DNA of 64,000 bases from Octopus vulgaris (taxonomy: Eukaryota), in assembly GCA_951406725.2 (NCBI GenBank), contig OX597819.1:117366001-117430000 (forward strand). The letters are read 5' to 3'. Shown piece after piece: positions 1 through 12,288 of the stretch; position 1 is the first letter of the stretch; each line of letters starts with the position of its first letter. The translations under genes were made by a program, and so were the position numbers. The notes under the pieces are model-generated. The model did not search any database. It worked only from the letters and a program-made list of their open reading frames with translations, and was not told the origin of the DNA.

Positions 1-579
1 CCTCAAATCTTCATTACACGTAAAATGCATAGAGAAGCATATGTAATGTATTTCTCAGTACTTTTTCGAAAGGAAATTGATAAAATTTCAAAGCATTTCC
101 GTCATTACAGTTTTCTATTCCTTTTGACTTCGGGTTATACGACAACATACTCCATAGTTATGTCAACTTCGTTGCTCATAATTAAGTCTATTTAGAACGA
201 TGAAATGCACGAAATGCACTGTGAACATTCTGCCTTACAATTCCCTACTTATATACTATATTATTTAATAAATTGACTCTTTTAAAGCAGTATAAAATTG
301 ATATTTATTTGCATGCTTTATTTCTCTGTGCATTTCGGAAGAAATAAGAGCTTGATTATTCATACAATTCATTTTGTTTATAAGTTTTCCCTTTCAGCTT
401 CAATTCAATGTTTCTTCTCTTTTTTTTCCTTTTCTTTCTTTTTTTTTGGGCGGGTGGGGGGAGAACTGAATATAAGGAGTGTTACATAGACCGAACAGTT
501 GCAAAAAACAAAATAAAAGAAAAAAGTAAAACAAAACAAAGAATAAATAATATTAAAATAAGAAAAGCAATTTCTCCGA

Positions 580-584
580 TAATG

Positions 585-678
<94 letters not shown>

Positions 679-698
679 GAAGAAGAATGATGATGATC

Positions 699-745
<47 letters not shown>
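580..745. repeat. (ATA)n microsatellite
   Basis: Long ataataata run with a short aga/atg interruption; source of the poly-I/poly-Y ORFs. Confidence 0.95.
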
Positions 746-839
746 TAATAGATAGATAAATAATAAAAGCAAATTCTAATATAGATATAAATAAAATTAA
801 GTGAGAACCCATATAAACTACGCAATACATATAAACCAT

Positions 840-2070
840 GCGTGATACTGTGTACTGAAATTAATTTCCGTAGACAATTTTCCGCCCATTCAGTAACGCT
901 ATACTTCATTTTGTAATGGCAAAATGGTGTTTTTCTTAGATTAGATTAAATGTAAATTGTGTTTATCGAGGATTTACGCTGTGAATGGAACACAATTACC
1001 TGCTATTTTTTTTTTTGGAATTCTATAGCTGAGAGTTCATTGCTCATAGAATTGTTAAATTTTCTTTTTTGCTTTTTGTGAGGCAAGTTTGATTCCGATT
1101 TCATATATTTCATAATATGGAAGAAAAAAAAAATAAATGCAATTAATTTTAAATTATACAGGTAAATATATTGCGTCGTAGCTTGATATTTGCGCATTAT
1201 TTTTATATCATTACTTACAATTTTTTTAAAGATTATATTTGCACTCGTTGGTATTTCCTTCAATTCTATCAATGTAATTGAATTTTATAATTTGTTCTTT
1301 ATTTTTCCTTGAATGTCTATATAATCAAGTATGTTCATAGAAGCATACATAGAAAACAAGTCGAACTTTAAAATAAAAAGATTTAAAATGCATAGAAATT
1401 ATTAGAATCCACAGATTATTTACTCGGTGTCGAAAAGCTATTGCCAGACATCGCTCTACACATTTAAAAAAAAGAAAACTATTTTCAATTATTAATTTCT
1501 AGCAACACTATTAAATTCACGTGTTGAATTAATTCCTGTGTAAATTTCTTCTTCTTTAAAGAAAACTATATTATATTACTTTTGAAGCTTTCGGTAAGTA
1601 TGCACAATTTTCACGTCTAATAAATTCATTTTGAATCTATCGCAGTTAAATAAATGTATTTTGATTGTATCACAGTTGGTGACGATTAAAAACAGGCAAA
1701 CAATCATTAGTTGAAAATGAAACTTTAGTTTCGATAGTTTATTTCATTTTTTAAAATTTATTCTTTAATTTGTGATTAACAAATTATTTCTAAAGCACCA
1801 CTTATTAGTGATTTATATATTATTTAATGCTTCCACGATATGTTTGTTTACTGTTTAACATCAACGTCATCTACGATCGTAAATGTATGTAAGGACTTAG
1901 AAGTTGACATGTGAGAAATTATGCTGGTTAATATCAAGCAGTCACCAATCAGTGTGCAACAAATATTTTTAATCATTCCATAAATTCAGATTTATATTAG
2001 GAATCTTTATTACACCAATATAAACTAAAATTACTTGCATATGTATGCTTTTATCTTATAACATTATATA
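840..2070 (-). pseudogene. Highly decayed Penelope-like RT relic
   Basis: Minus-strand translation gives motif-like peptides in PLE order: KSLISGALEII (~1800, DKG-like), YLPK-x-(Q)K (~1590, LPKIHK-like), LKFDLFSMYASM (~1350, RT motif A), NSMSNELSA (~1045, motif B-like). Many stops and frameshifts. Confidence 0.4.
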
Positions 2071-2194
2071 ATTGTTTTTGAATAAGTAATTAGTTTTATA
2101 GTATATTCTACTCAGATATGTGAACAAACAAATGCGATACTAAATGAAAGGGCAAAATACAAATACTGCCCAAAATATACGTGTGTAATGGATG

Positions 2195-2578
2195 TAAGCA
2201 CTCCGTCGGTTACGACGACGAGGTTTCCGGTTGATCCGAATCAACGGAACAGCCTGCTCGTGAAATTAACGTGTAAGTGGCTGAGCACTCCACAGACACG
2301 TGTACCCTTAACGTAGTTCTCGGGGGTATTCAGCGTGAAAACAGAGAGTGACAAGTCCGGCCCTTTGAAATACAGGTACAACAGAAACAGGAAGTAAGAG
2401 TGAGAGAAAGTTGTGGTGAAAGAGTACAGCAGGGTTCACCACCATCCCCTGCCGGAGCCTCGTGGTGCTTTAGGTATTTTCGCTCAATAAACACTCACAA
2501 CGCCTGGTCTGGGAATCGAAACCGCGATCCTATGACCGCGAGTCCGCTAGCCTAACCACTGGTCCATTGCGCCTCCAC
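2195..2578 (-). mobile_element. tRNA-derived SINE (family C in this window)
   Basis: Reverse complement starts gtggaggcgcaatgg..cagtggttagg (A box) ... ggtttcgattccc (B box); closely similar copy at 60370-60751. Confidence 0.85.
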
Positions 2579-3782
2579 ACGCAATGATTTCAAGGTATAG
2601 ATACGTTAAAGCGTTACGACACTACGCAAATTAAAATCTAAATCAGTTACAAATTTCCAATAGTGTAATCATTTTCACTCACACACAAACAAATACACGC
2701 GCACACAAATGAATAAACTTGCGAACTAAGAGCCGCAAACGCTTATATGTCTGCATGTATGTATGCTTATATAACTGCATGCAGGTGTAGGTGTTTTACT
2801 TTCACGAAGGAGTAAAACATAGTAACCTGTATACTAATATCTAAATTTAATTGCCTAAATATTTCTCCTGCAATTAATAATAAACATTATATAATACGAT
2901 CTCGTGTAGGAAATACATACTCGACGCTCCCGCCCACTTTTGTCTATACGTTATTATACTGTTTGTTTCAGGTCACCAACTCTCAAGCATTCGTCTAGTA
3001 AGCGAACATACTATCTACTTCGACAAAATCATAACATACAACAAGGGACATTTCATCGGTGCTAATTTGAAATTGTCTACTTTAGAAGATACTTCTCTTT
3101 GATCGTTTTCCCTCAGAGAATATATCTTTGCGATATCGATACCTAAAACCGTATTTATCGTTTGAAAATTACTGGTTCGCTGCGATAAATCTTAGACATG
3201 TCTTCATTTGTTTGCAGAAAATAGTAATATGAAGCCACTCAAGAGAGAGAAACAAGTCTCGTTGCTTAATAACTTTCTTAGATAAAATATCAGTTTATAC
3301 TTAGTTTTCTTGATCTAAGCTGCGGAAACATTTATCAATATTAATTTCAAAGCTAGTTTAATACTTTTAGGAATCAGCATTTTCATTTCAATACACAAGA
3401 ACCTTGAATATAATTTAATACTGGAGGCATTTCTGTCTGTGGAAGCGGGGGGTTAAAAATAACAAGTATGTATTGAATTTAGTTTCCTCCTAAGTTTTAG
3501 GTTCACCTTCCGCCACAGACTGACTTTGATTTTCGCATCACACTGGCTGCAAAATTTATATAGTGTGGTTGAATTAATGAAACAAATATCGAATTTGGTA
3601 TATTCCAACAATTTGTAAAATCAATAATATCAGCATCAGAAAAATATCATTTATGCCAGTAAGCAGATTAAAGTTATGTTTTTCACACGAAAAGTATTAA
3701 TTTTATAGATCAAGATTATTTAATTTTAATTCATACATCATAATTAATTGATTGCTGTAGCTATACTCCCAAATTATAAGAC

Positions 3783-4016
3783 GGCGAGCTGGCAGAAACG
3801 TTAGCACGCCGGGCAAAATGCCTAGCCGTATTTCGTCTGTCATTACGTTCTGAGTTCAAATTCCACCGAGGTCGACTTTGCCTTTCAACCTTTTGGGGTC
3901 GATAAATTAAGTACCAGTTACGCACTGGGCTTGATGTAATCGACTTAATCCGTTTGTCCGTCCTTGTTTGTCCTCTCTGTGTTTAGCCCCGTGTGGGTAG
4001 TAAAGAAATAGGTATT
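3783..4016 (+). mobile_element. tRNA-derived SINE (family A, Nin-like central domain)
   Basis: ggcgagctggcagaaacgttagc head, gagttcaaattcc B box, cctttca.cctt..ggggtcgataaattaagtacc core; many copies in the window. Confidence 0.9.
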
Positions 4017-4494
4017 CTCTCAAATTATTGCTATCCTTAGGGGGATTTAGTACCGTGCGGTTTACGATCGAGTCCTACAATTTCCACTTGTGCTTTCACT
4101 TGTCGTAGAAGAGTAAACAATGAAGATCTTACACAACCTTCAAATTCTGGCTACAAGTGGCCAATCTGTCCCTTATTTATCCATGCTGTCAAATTATTAG
4201 CAAGACATATCAGAAGATGTATTAATAGTTATATTAGATATACGACTAGGGTACTATAACGTATAGCACTGTTTCACAAATGCGGAACTGGGTTTAAACA
4301 CTAACTAGAATATTGACATCTTTCTAACCATTGGTTCTAGAAGAGAGGATGAAGTTTTAACAAAAATGATGTATAACTGCAAGTTTTAAGCTGCGCTTGA
4401 GGTATAAAACATTCTGAAAATGTTTTAGTATTTTTTTTATTATGTTGAATCTGAATAACTCTAAATAAGAATCATATCACGGCCTTTTAACTTT

Positions 4495-4707
4495 CTTTTG
4501 CAATCTAGGCACAACGCTCGAAATCTTTGGAGTGGAGGCCACTCGATTAGATCGATCCCGGTTCGCAACTGGTACTTAATTTATCGACTCCGTGAGGATG
4601 AAAGGCAAAGGCGACCTTCGCAGAATTTGAACTCAGAACATAAAGACAGACGAAATACCGCTAAGCATTTCGCCCGGCCTGCTAGCGTTTCTGTCAGCTC
4701 ACCCTTA
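4495..4707 (-). mobile_element. SINE family A variant
   Basis: Reverse complement of the family A head and core with an alternative tail (ctaggcacaa.g...gaaat), also seen at 56015 and 56590. Confidence 0.8.
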
Positions 4708-5071
4708 TGGCATTTCAATATTGATACAGATCGGCAGGTCGTTAATTCTTATGATTCATAGTAAGACAGAATGAGTTTTTCCTCCTTGCAGGGCATATCA
4801 AGCAAGACTCATGCGCAGTATTTTGGGCAAACGTCTCATAAATTAGCTTAGAGAACACCAATAATTTGTCATTGGCGCTTAGGTGATGGAAATTCCGTGG
4901 AAACCCACCATATATATAATATACATACACACACAAACACACGCATACAAACACACGCTTACAATCACACGCATACAAATACACACACACACACACACAT
5001 ACTCACTGACACACACAAACACTCATATATAATAAACGTGGTAATATTGGTGTTGGTATAACGGACTATAA

Positions 5072-5302
5072 CGGCGGCGACCTGGCAGAAACGTTAGCAC
5101 GCTGGGCGAAGTGCTTAGCGGTATTTCGTCTGCGTTACGCTGTGAGTTCAAATTCCGCCGAGGTCGACTTTGCCTTTCATCCTTTCGGGGTCGATAAATT
5201 AAGTACCAGTTACGCACTGGGGTCGATGTAATCGACTTAATACCTATGTCTGTCCTTGTTTGTCCCCTCTGTGTTTAGCCCCTTGTGGGTAATAAAGAAA
5301 TA
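5072..5302 (+). mobile_element. SINE family A with 16-bp target site duplication
   Basis: Full head and core; ggtataacggactata is repeated at 5055-5070 and 5303-5318. Confidence 0.92.
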
Positions 5303-7306
5303 GGTATAACGGACTATACAGCAAACATAACGAAAGGAAGAACGAGTGGCTGAGTCAGTATCTTTGATTTCATATTGATGGAAATATATAAGTGTAGAAG
5401 CAGATCCATTTATACATGTGTTGACTAAGTCTTATCTTGCTATTAACATTTGAAGAACAGAATCGGTACCTCACCAACATATAATGTAATTTATCATAAT
5501 TAAAAAAAATAATTGCATTCAATAAAATAGTACTCCGACTGTTTTCCTCTGATACTTTAATTTGTGTTTCTGACGTTCTATAATTTAAATTTTACAAAAG
5601 CTTTATATAATAACATTAATCTATATTCATTTAACGCTTTTCACTTAAACAATTAATTCTGTATAATTTGTCCGGTAATATATAATAATATAGATTACTG
5701 TAGATAATGACATTTTTCCTGTATATCTCCTTTCATATGTATGAAGATGTAATACCAATGATGATGATGATGATGATGGTGATGCCAACATTGCAGTGGA
5801 AATGCAGGAAACGTTTGCTAAGTCTCGTAGATGTGTGCCCATTAAAAAAAAAACTTATGTCACTATTCCCGCAGTTATATAAAAACCGCCCGCTTCCTAC
5901 AATGAATATCTTAATTCCCCATACTCAGAGACACTCTGTGAACATGAAGTTTTTTTTAATTCAATTAGGAGAATTGGGGTAACTAGACACTCTTCACTTC
6001 TGACAATTTCGAACGCATCTCCAGTGAAATTCTCGGAGTTTGCAGATGTCATGTTACTTGAAGCCAAGCCCACCACTCTCACTCACCCTTTTTCTTCTGC
6101 CAGCCACGTTGATGGCCCTTACAGCTTTGCTTACGATTGTACTTAATCTTTAGTCGAATGAATGTGAGCGCAGGTAATTCTTTCGCTGTCTTGAATTCAA
6201 GACAGTGATATTCCAATGTTTTACGATATTGCAATAAATTTAATCTCATTTTCATCTTCGGTATCTTTACATCTTGGGTGATTATTGTGAGAAGCCTTCT
6301 CTGAAATCCCTTTCTTACTGTCCTCCTTCTCCCCCTCATTTTCTTCATAATGATAATAATAATTACCTCTCTCTTTCTCCTTCTTTCTCTCTCTCCCTGT
6401 ATCATTTCTTCAATACTTCTGTAGATTACTTGATGACATCGTAAAATTCTTCAGCCGAAATGATACCGTCACAGACCATTTCAAACAGTAAGCTAGTTTT
6501 TCGTCATATTCAAATTAAGTTAACAGGCTTCTCCTTCCTTCTTTGCTTAAATCTTGTATTTCTAAAACGCACACATTATTCATTCATACAGTCATATGGA
6601 AATCAGCGCGCTGAAACACTCAGACCGCTACCTTGCTGAACCTATTGTTAAAGGCACATGTATATCCTCACTTTCTCTGTCCCACTGTCTTTTTATCACC
6701 ACTCTATTTATGTCACACTCCGGCAGGAAGGAACGCTGCAGTAGGCATCTTATCTCTCGGCGGTGATGCCACCCCCTCTATAACATTCCCTGATGTCCAA
6801 TTTCTATTCCATATCAGTGTTTACAACCATTGCTAAGCATTCCTCCTACTCCCCATCTTGATCTGAATGAGTTATACTGAAATGTGTTAAATGTCTTCCC
6901 CCCCTCCCTAGTTGATATTCATTTGCTTTATCTTTTATTGATATTTCTTTCTCTCTTTCTTTTTTCTCTTCTACTTTCAGCTTTTTGTCTCTCAGTGCCG
7001 GGATGGTGAGGGGATTTGAGCACCCATCATTTAAAAAATTTCTCAATGGCCTGTGCAAGACCTATCCCAGACAGTTAGTCGATTCCTTCGGCAAACAAAG
7101 AAGAGTGGGTAAAGCCGAGTATCTCGTGCCTTCAAATAACCAGTGTTCGAGGTAGGCTTTACACATTAGCTTTGGATGACGAACAGCTTAGGAGAAGGGC
7201 CACTCTAGGTTCAGAACCAAGGGAGCAAGGATGGACTACCTTGATAGGGGTGATATCTCGATAAAAAACCGGTTGCTAGTAACCTAAAATCACATCTCAT
7301 TTGTGA

Positions 7307-7930
7307 GTGAAAATGCCAAGGAAAATAGATGACGATAACGGTGTTAACGGGATTGAAACTAATGGTGACGTTACTGCACCCAGCTGGTATCCCACTGTGC
7401 AGAAGGGTGGGCCCAGTTGTAATCCAGCCACTGCTAGTCATGCAACAAGGTATAAGTGGAGTAAACTAGAAAACATGACGTTATGGAATGATACTACCAA
7501 AGCACTGCAGTGGATACGAATGGCATGCCTGCTAGGGGGTATAAAAAAACCAATGCTCGTTGAATGGAATGCAATTGATCTATTTGAAATTACTGAAAAG
7601 AGATTATATAAACAAGCTGGAGCAATACGAAAGAGAAGGTTAACAGAATTGGAGATAGATGCTATTCAAAGAAGGATGTTGAGTCATGCTGGTCATGCGA
7701 GAAATGAATATGGATTAGTTGAAGAAATGGACAATTGTTCGTAAGAATGAACTACCGTGAATTGAGAAAGAACTGAGATCAGTAACTTCTCAAACAATGA
7801 AGATCAATTAATAATAGACAGAATTTTGGATCTATTAAATACATTATAGATTTATGTGCGACATTAAGAAGGCTAACCAATGGAGATTAAATCAAACGAT
7901 GGCAGTGGAGAATAGAATGAGATGCTATAA
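7307..7930 (+). pseudogene. R4/Dong-type non-LTR retrotransposon, N-terminal ORF relic
   Basis: ORF 7307-7744 contains KWSKLEN...KPMLVEW...FEITEKRLYKQAGAIRKRRLTELEIDAI, matching the N-terminal Myb-like region of R4/Dong-clade ORFs; decays downstream. Confidence 0.6.
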
Positions 7931-8149
7931 TAGTGCTAACACAGGTTATATCAAGGGTTTATTCCACACTCACTCAAAGTGAGGAAGCCTGCCTCCGAAA
8001 CTTTTATCAACACGACATAACGCCGACAACAGTAACAATTACAATCACTAGCATATACTACTACGATGCAATAACTGCACAAATAACAGTTATTGCATCG
8101 AAAAATGAAAGCCGCATTAATACTTGAGTATTTCTTATGGATAACATTA

Positions 8150-9592
8150 TGGCACATGTAAAATCAATAAAAGAACAAATGTTTGAAATATCAAATAACA
8201 CAACTGATATCAATTTGTGAAACACTTAATATCTTCGTAGATCTACGCAAATTTCCAGATTCGAGTAAGAAGAATGTAATTTTGGACCACGTTAAATACA
8301 GATAAATAAATCCCCAACTGCATCTTCCTATCTTTTTCATTCAAAATACATCTAAATATCTTAAAATATATATTCATAATATTTGAAATATTGACAAGTT
8401 TTGATTAATAATTTATTAGTGATTCGACGACTGATGTAGAATTCGAGGTGTTGTTTAACCGAATGCAAGATGTGATTTCAAGGTTTATGGGTGACTACAA
8501 ATGCGATATTTATATTTGTGTTTTGGATGTTACTCTCATTGTGAGTGTTTCTCCTTTGGCCAGACATTTGTATTAGTTTTTGCTTTTGTCATAGCATAGC
8601 TTGTTTGTGATATTTTCGTTTCTGAAGGAACATGTTTAATACTACGGTCGTTTCTCTAATGTATTTGTGTCTGCAACTATTGAGCATATACGCGATATTG
8701 AATGAAGTATCCCTTTTTTATGCAAGATGGGCGGCAAGACCTGAAGTCTGAATATTAGTGTAGTTTTATCAATACAGTAGAGATCGGTTATTATGATCAT
8801 TTTTCTTTCAGTGTCGCCATGTTCAAAAAGGTAAGTTCCCTTTCATATATTTCCATTGTGAACTTGATTGATTCATGACTGTTACTGATTAATTTGTGGG
8901 ATCTTATATGATACAGTTATTTGGAAAATTGTCCCAGTTTCTTTCGAAGTGGGGATGTGAAATTTTGATAAAATGAATCCCCAGACAGCATAAATATTTT
9001 GTTTCTCCTATGAAAGACAATACTAGTATTGTAAACGCTGGTGAGACTTACCTTCGCATTGGTGAGTTTTGTATTTGTGGGTAGTAGTTATAATGTAATT
9101 CTAATTCTAATCCTGCAAATCGAAATTAGTTTGGTTAATCACTGTTAAATACTGTGTGGATATTTTTTAGAATCCAGAATTATAACGTTTCTAATCTTAT
9201 TCCAAGTAAGATATTTATGTAAAAGCTGATTTATCAAAAATTAACTTGGATAGTATTTTTATCCAATATAGATCAATTTATACCACGGTTTCAAAATTAT
9301 ATCAAACAATTTCTTAACTGCTCTTTGCTAGACTCGACCCCTGCGATGACTGGACGTAAGTTTAGATCAGATATATTTTATGAATTATTTTTTTTTTTAA
9401 GTTACTTTTGATTTCTTTAGATTTGTGGATTTTTTGTAGCCCAGAAAATCTATTAGATGTACCTCAACATTTATGATGTAACTCAACTCTTTTTTCGTTA
9501 AATGATTTCGAATTTAACTATAAATTTATTAATTTTATTTTTTGTACGTATATCTGCTTTAGTTTGTAATTTTGTGTGGATATATTGGTCTG

Positions 9593-9639
<47 letters not shown>

Positions 9640-10760
9640 GGCGCAGGAGTGGCTGTGTGGTACATAGCTTGCTAACCGACCACATGGTTCCGGGTTCAGT
9701 CCCACTGCATGGCATCTTGGGCAAGTGTCTTCTGCTATAGCCCCGGGCCGACCAATGCCTTGTGAGTGGATTTGGTAGACGGAAACTGAAAGAAGCCTGC
9801 CGTATATATGTATATATATATGTATGTGTGTGTGTGTTTGTCCCCCTAGCATTGCTTGACAACCGATGCTGGTGTGTTTACGTCTCCGTCACTTAGCGGT
9901 TCGGCAAAAAGAGACCGATAGAATAAGTACTGGGCTTACAGAAAGAATAAGTCCCGGGGTCGAGTTGCTCGACTAAAGGTGGTGCTCCAGCATGGCCGTA
10001 GTCAAATGACTGAAACAAGTAAAAGAGTAAAAGAGTGAAAGAGATAGATAAATAGATAGATAAATAGATAGATAGATAGATAGATACATACATACATACA
10101 TACATACATACATACATACATACATACATACATAATCTAACATCATTTTCTTGTCAGGAGTTTATCCAGTATTGCAATGGGTCCTCCATTGTCAGCTATT
10201 TTACCGATCATAGAGGAATCACTCGGTAGTCGTTTCAATTTTTGCTTTGCATTTCTCTAAACGTTTATTCCTCTTCATTTGAGGTTTAAATATTATTTTG
10301 CTTTACATGCGCAATGATTCATCTTCGTCTTCCTTTTGGGAAAATTCCCCTAGATGATGCTTCTAAGAAAAATCGTCAGTATATTTCAGGTCTGTTGTGT
10401 TAGGTTTGGGAGTTGATGTGAAATGAAGTAGCTAATTCTTGCGTGTACGTATGTATTATAACTTTGAGCGTGAAGCCAGAATGTTGTTCAATAAAAACAA
10501 TGGAAAATATTTAGCGGTACTAATCGTCTTAGCCATAAAAGCCAGTATCAAAAATCATTGCTCATTCTTCCCGCCAACTACTTTGCTAGGTGAAGAGCAT
10601 AGCCAGACATTCGTAGCTTTTTAGTTATGTGGCGATACATTAAAAAATCTATTTTGTAGAAGATTATATCTCGTTATGAAAGAAGAACAATATACCTTTC
10701 ATTTTGGTGAATGCTAAACAGAGGGCCTTCGATTAGAGGTTTCTAGGATTTATTTTTTAT
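8150..10760 (-). pseudogene. Old decayed Penelope-like element (RT region) interrupted by a SINE and microsatellites
   Basis: Minus-strand peptides LLHFTSTPKPNTTD (~10400), IADNGGPIAILDK (~10180, ADKGG motif), FTMEIYERELTFLNM..IITDLY (~8800-8860, thumb) and IAFVVTHKP (~8490) lie in PLE order, with stops and frameshifts. Confidence 0.65.
9640..10041 (+). mobile_element. tRNA-derived CORE-like SINE (family B) inserted in (GATA)n
   Basis: ggcgcaggagtggctgtgtgg head, gggttcagtccc B box, cttgggcaagtgtcttct core, internal TA/TG tract, aaaagagt tail repeats; GATA runs on both sides. Confidence 0.9.
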
Positions 10761-11965
10761 TGGACACCGATATATGCAATGTAGAAAATCTGTATATGTA
10801 ATGGATATAATTATATATGCACATAATTGAATAAATATTTATATGTTCAATGAAAATTCATTAAATATTTGTGTGATCACTAAATATTATTACATGTATC
10901 ACTCTGCTTTTCTATATGTATTCTATTGTCCGTCTCACTCGCTTTCTCTCACTGTCTATTTGTCTGTCTGTCTGAATGTATGTATCTATCTATTACATAC
11001 AGAGAGAGGAAGAGAGAGAGAAGGCTAAAGAGAGAAAGAGAGATAGGAATGAGTTTATTTTCTAATGTAAACTATTACATAATATGTTTCATGGGATATA
11101 CGCTGTAAATTAATTTTTCATGTAAAATCAATGCGGTTATGCTACAAATTGTGAGATAACAACCAAAAGAAAACGTCCAATTTTATGTAGAAAATGGCGG
11201 CTAAGGTAGTCCCGAGTTTTAGTCTTCGTTTCTTATAAAATTGCTATATTACTATCAACCTTGTCTCAGTAATATTGGGGTCTGTATCAATTATACTAAT
11301 ACATGTTAAATTCTATATTAATCTAGATTATCTTCCTTTGTTACTTTATCGTGTTTATCTCTTCAATGTTACATCATAAATCCGCTCGTCGTTTGTCTCA
11401 ATATTACCATATATAACCAGTGTGGCTTTGAGAGATTTCACACAGATACATGCATAGACACTCACGCACAAATACACACACAAAACCTTCCCACACACAC
11501 ATGTACATATATATACTACAACCAAAGGCTTTATCTGAAGATTCATCGAGTGATGCAATAGGGAATATTCTAGCAAAATTCCATTTACTTCATAAACTCC
11601 ACATCGTCATAATATTTATTCAAATTTATGAGGATAATCGTGATGTTGATGTTAATGCTTATAACAGTCATCATGATGTGGTGGTGGTACCACCACATCA
11701 TGATGATGATAATGATGGTGATGCGATGAGGAGCTTCATCCACCATTTTAAAACATATTACACGTCTGTAACGTCTGTTGAAAGTAATTTTGTCTCCATT
11801 TTCCGATACTTTCTAGCTATAGAAATATGAATTTCAAAATGTACACCATCTAAGACCTTCCATGATTTCTTCTCACAATTCAATATTTATGTAAATCTAC
11901 ATCATTACATAATCTGTATTGTAATTAACAAAACAGGAATGGAAAGCAAATTCCCATCGATAAGG

Positions 11966-12288
11966 AGCACTCCTGCAGTTTTGACGACGAAGGTCCCAGC
12001 TAATACGATGAACGGAACAGCTTGCTCGAGAAATTAACGTGTAAGTGGCTGAGCACTCCACAAACATGTGTACCGTTAACGTAGTTCTCGGGGAGATTCA
12101 GTGTGACACTGTGTGACAAGGCTGGCCCTTTGAAATACAAGTACAGCTCATTTTTGCCAGCTGAGTGGACTGGGGCAACGTGAAATAAAGTGTCTTGCTC
12201 AAGGACATAACTCGCCGCCAGGAATTGAACTCATGAACTTACGATCATGAGCCGAATGCCCCTAACAACTAAGCCACGCGCATTCACT
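11966..12288 (-). mobile_element. SINE, family C-related
   Basis: Shares aacggaacagc..gctcg.gaaattaacgtgtaagtggctgagcactcca with 2195-2578; tRNA-like head at the right end. Confidence 0.8.

Noticed and set aside
3783-3870. tRNA genes
   Set aside because: The A/B-box sequences are SINE heads continuing into SINE bodies, not stand-alone cloverleaf tRNAs.
5860-6950. Possible LINE or LTR coding remnant on the minus strand
   Set aside because: Composition suggests a decayed transposon, but I could not recognise any diagnostic motif.
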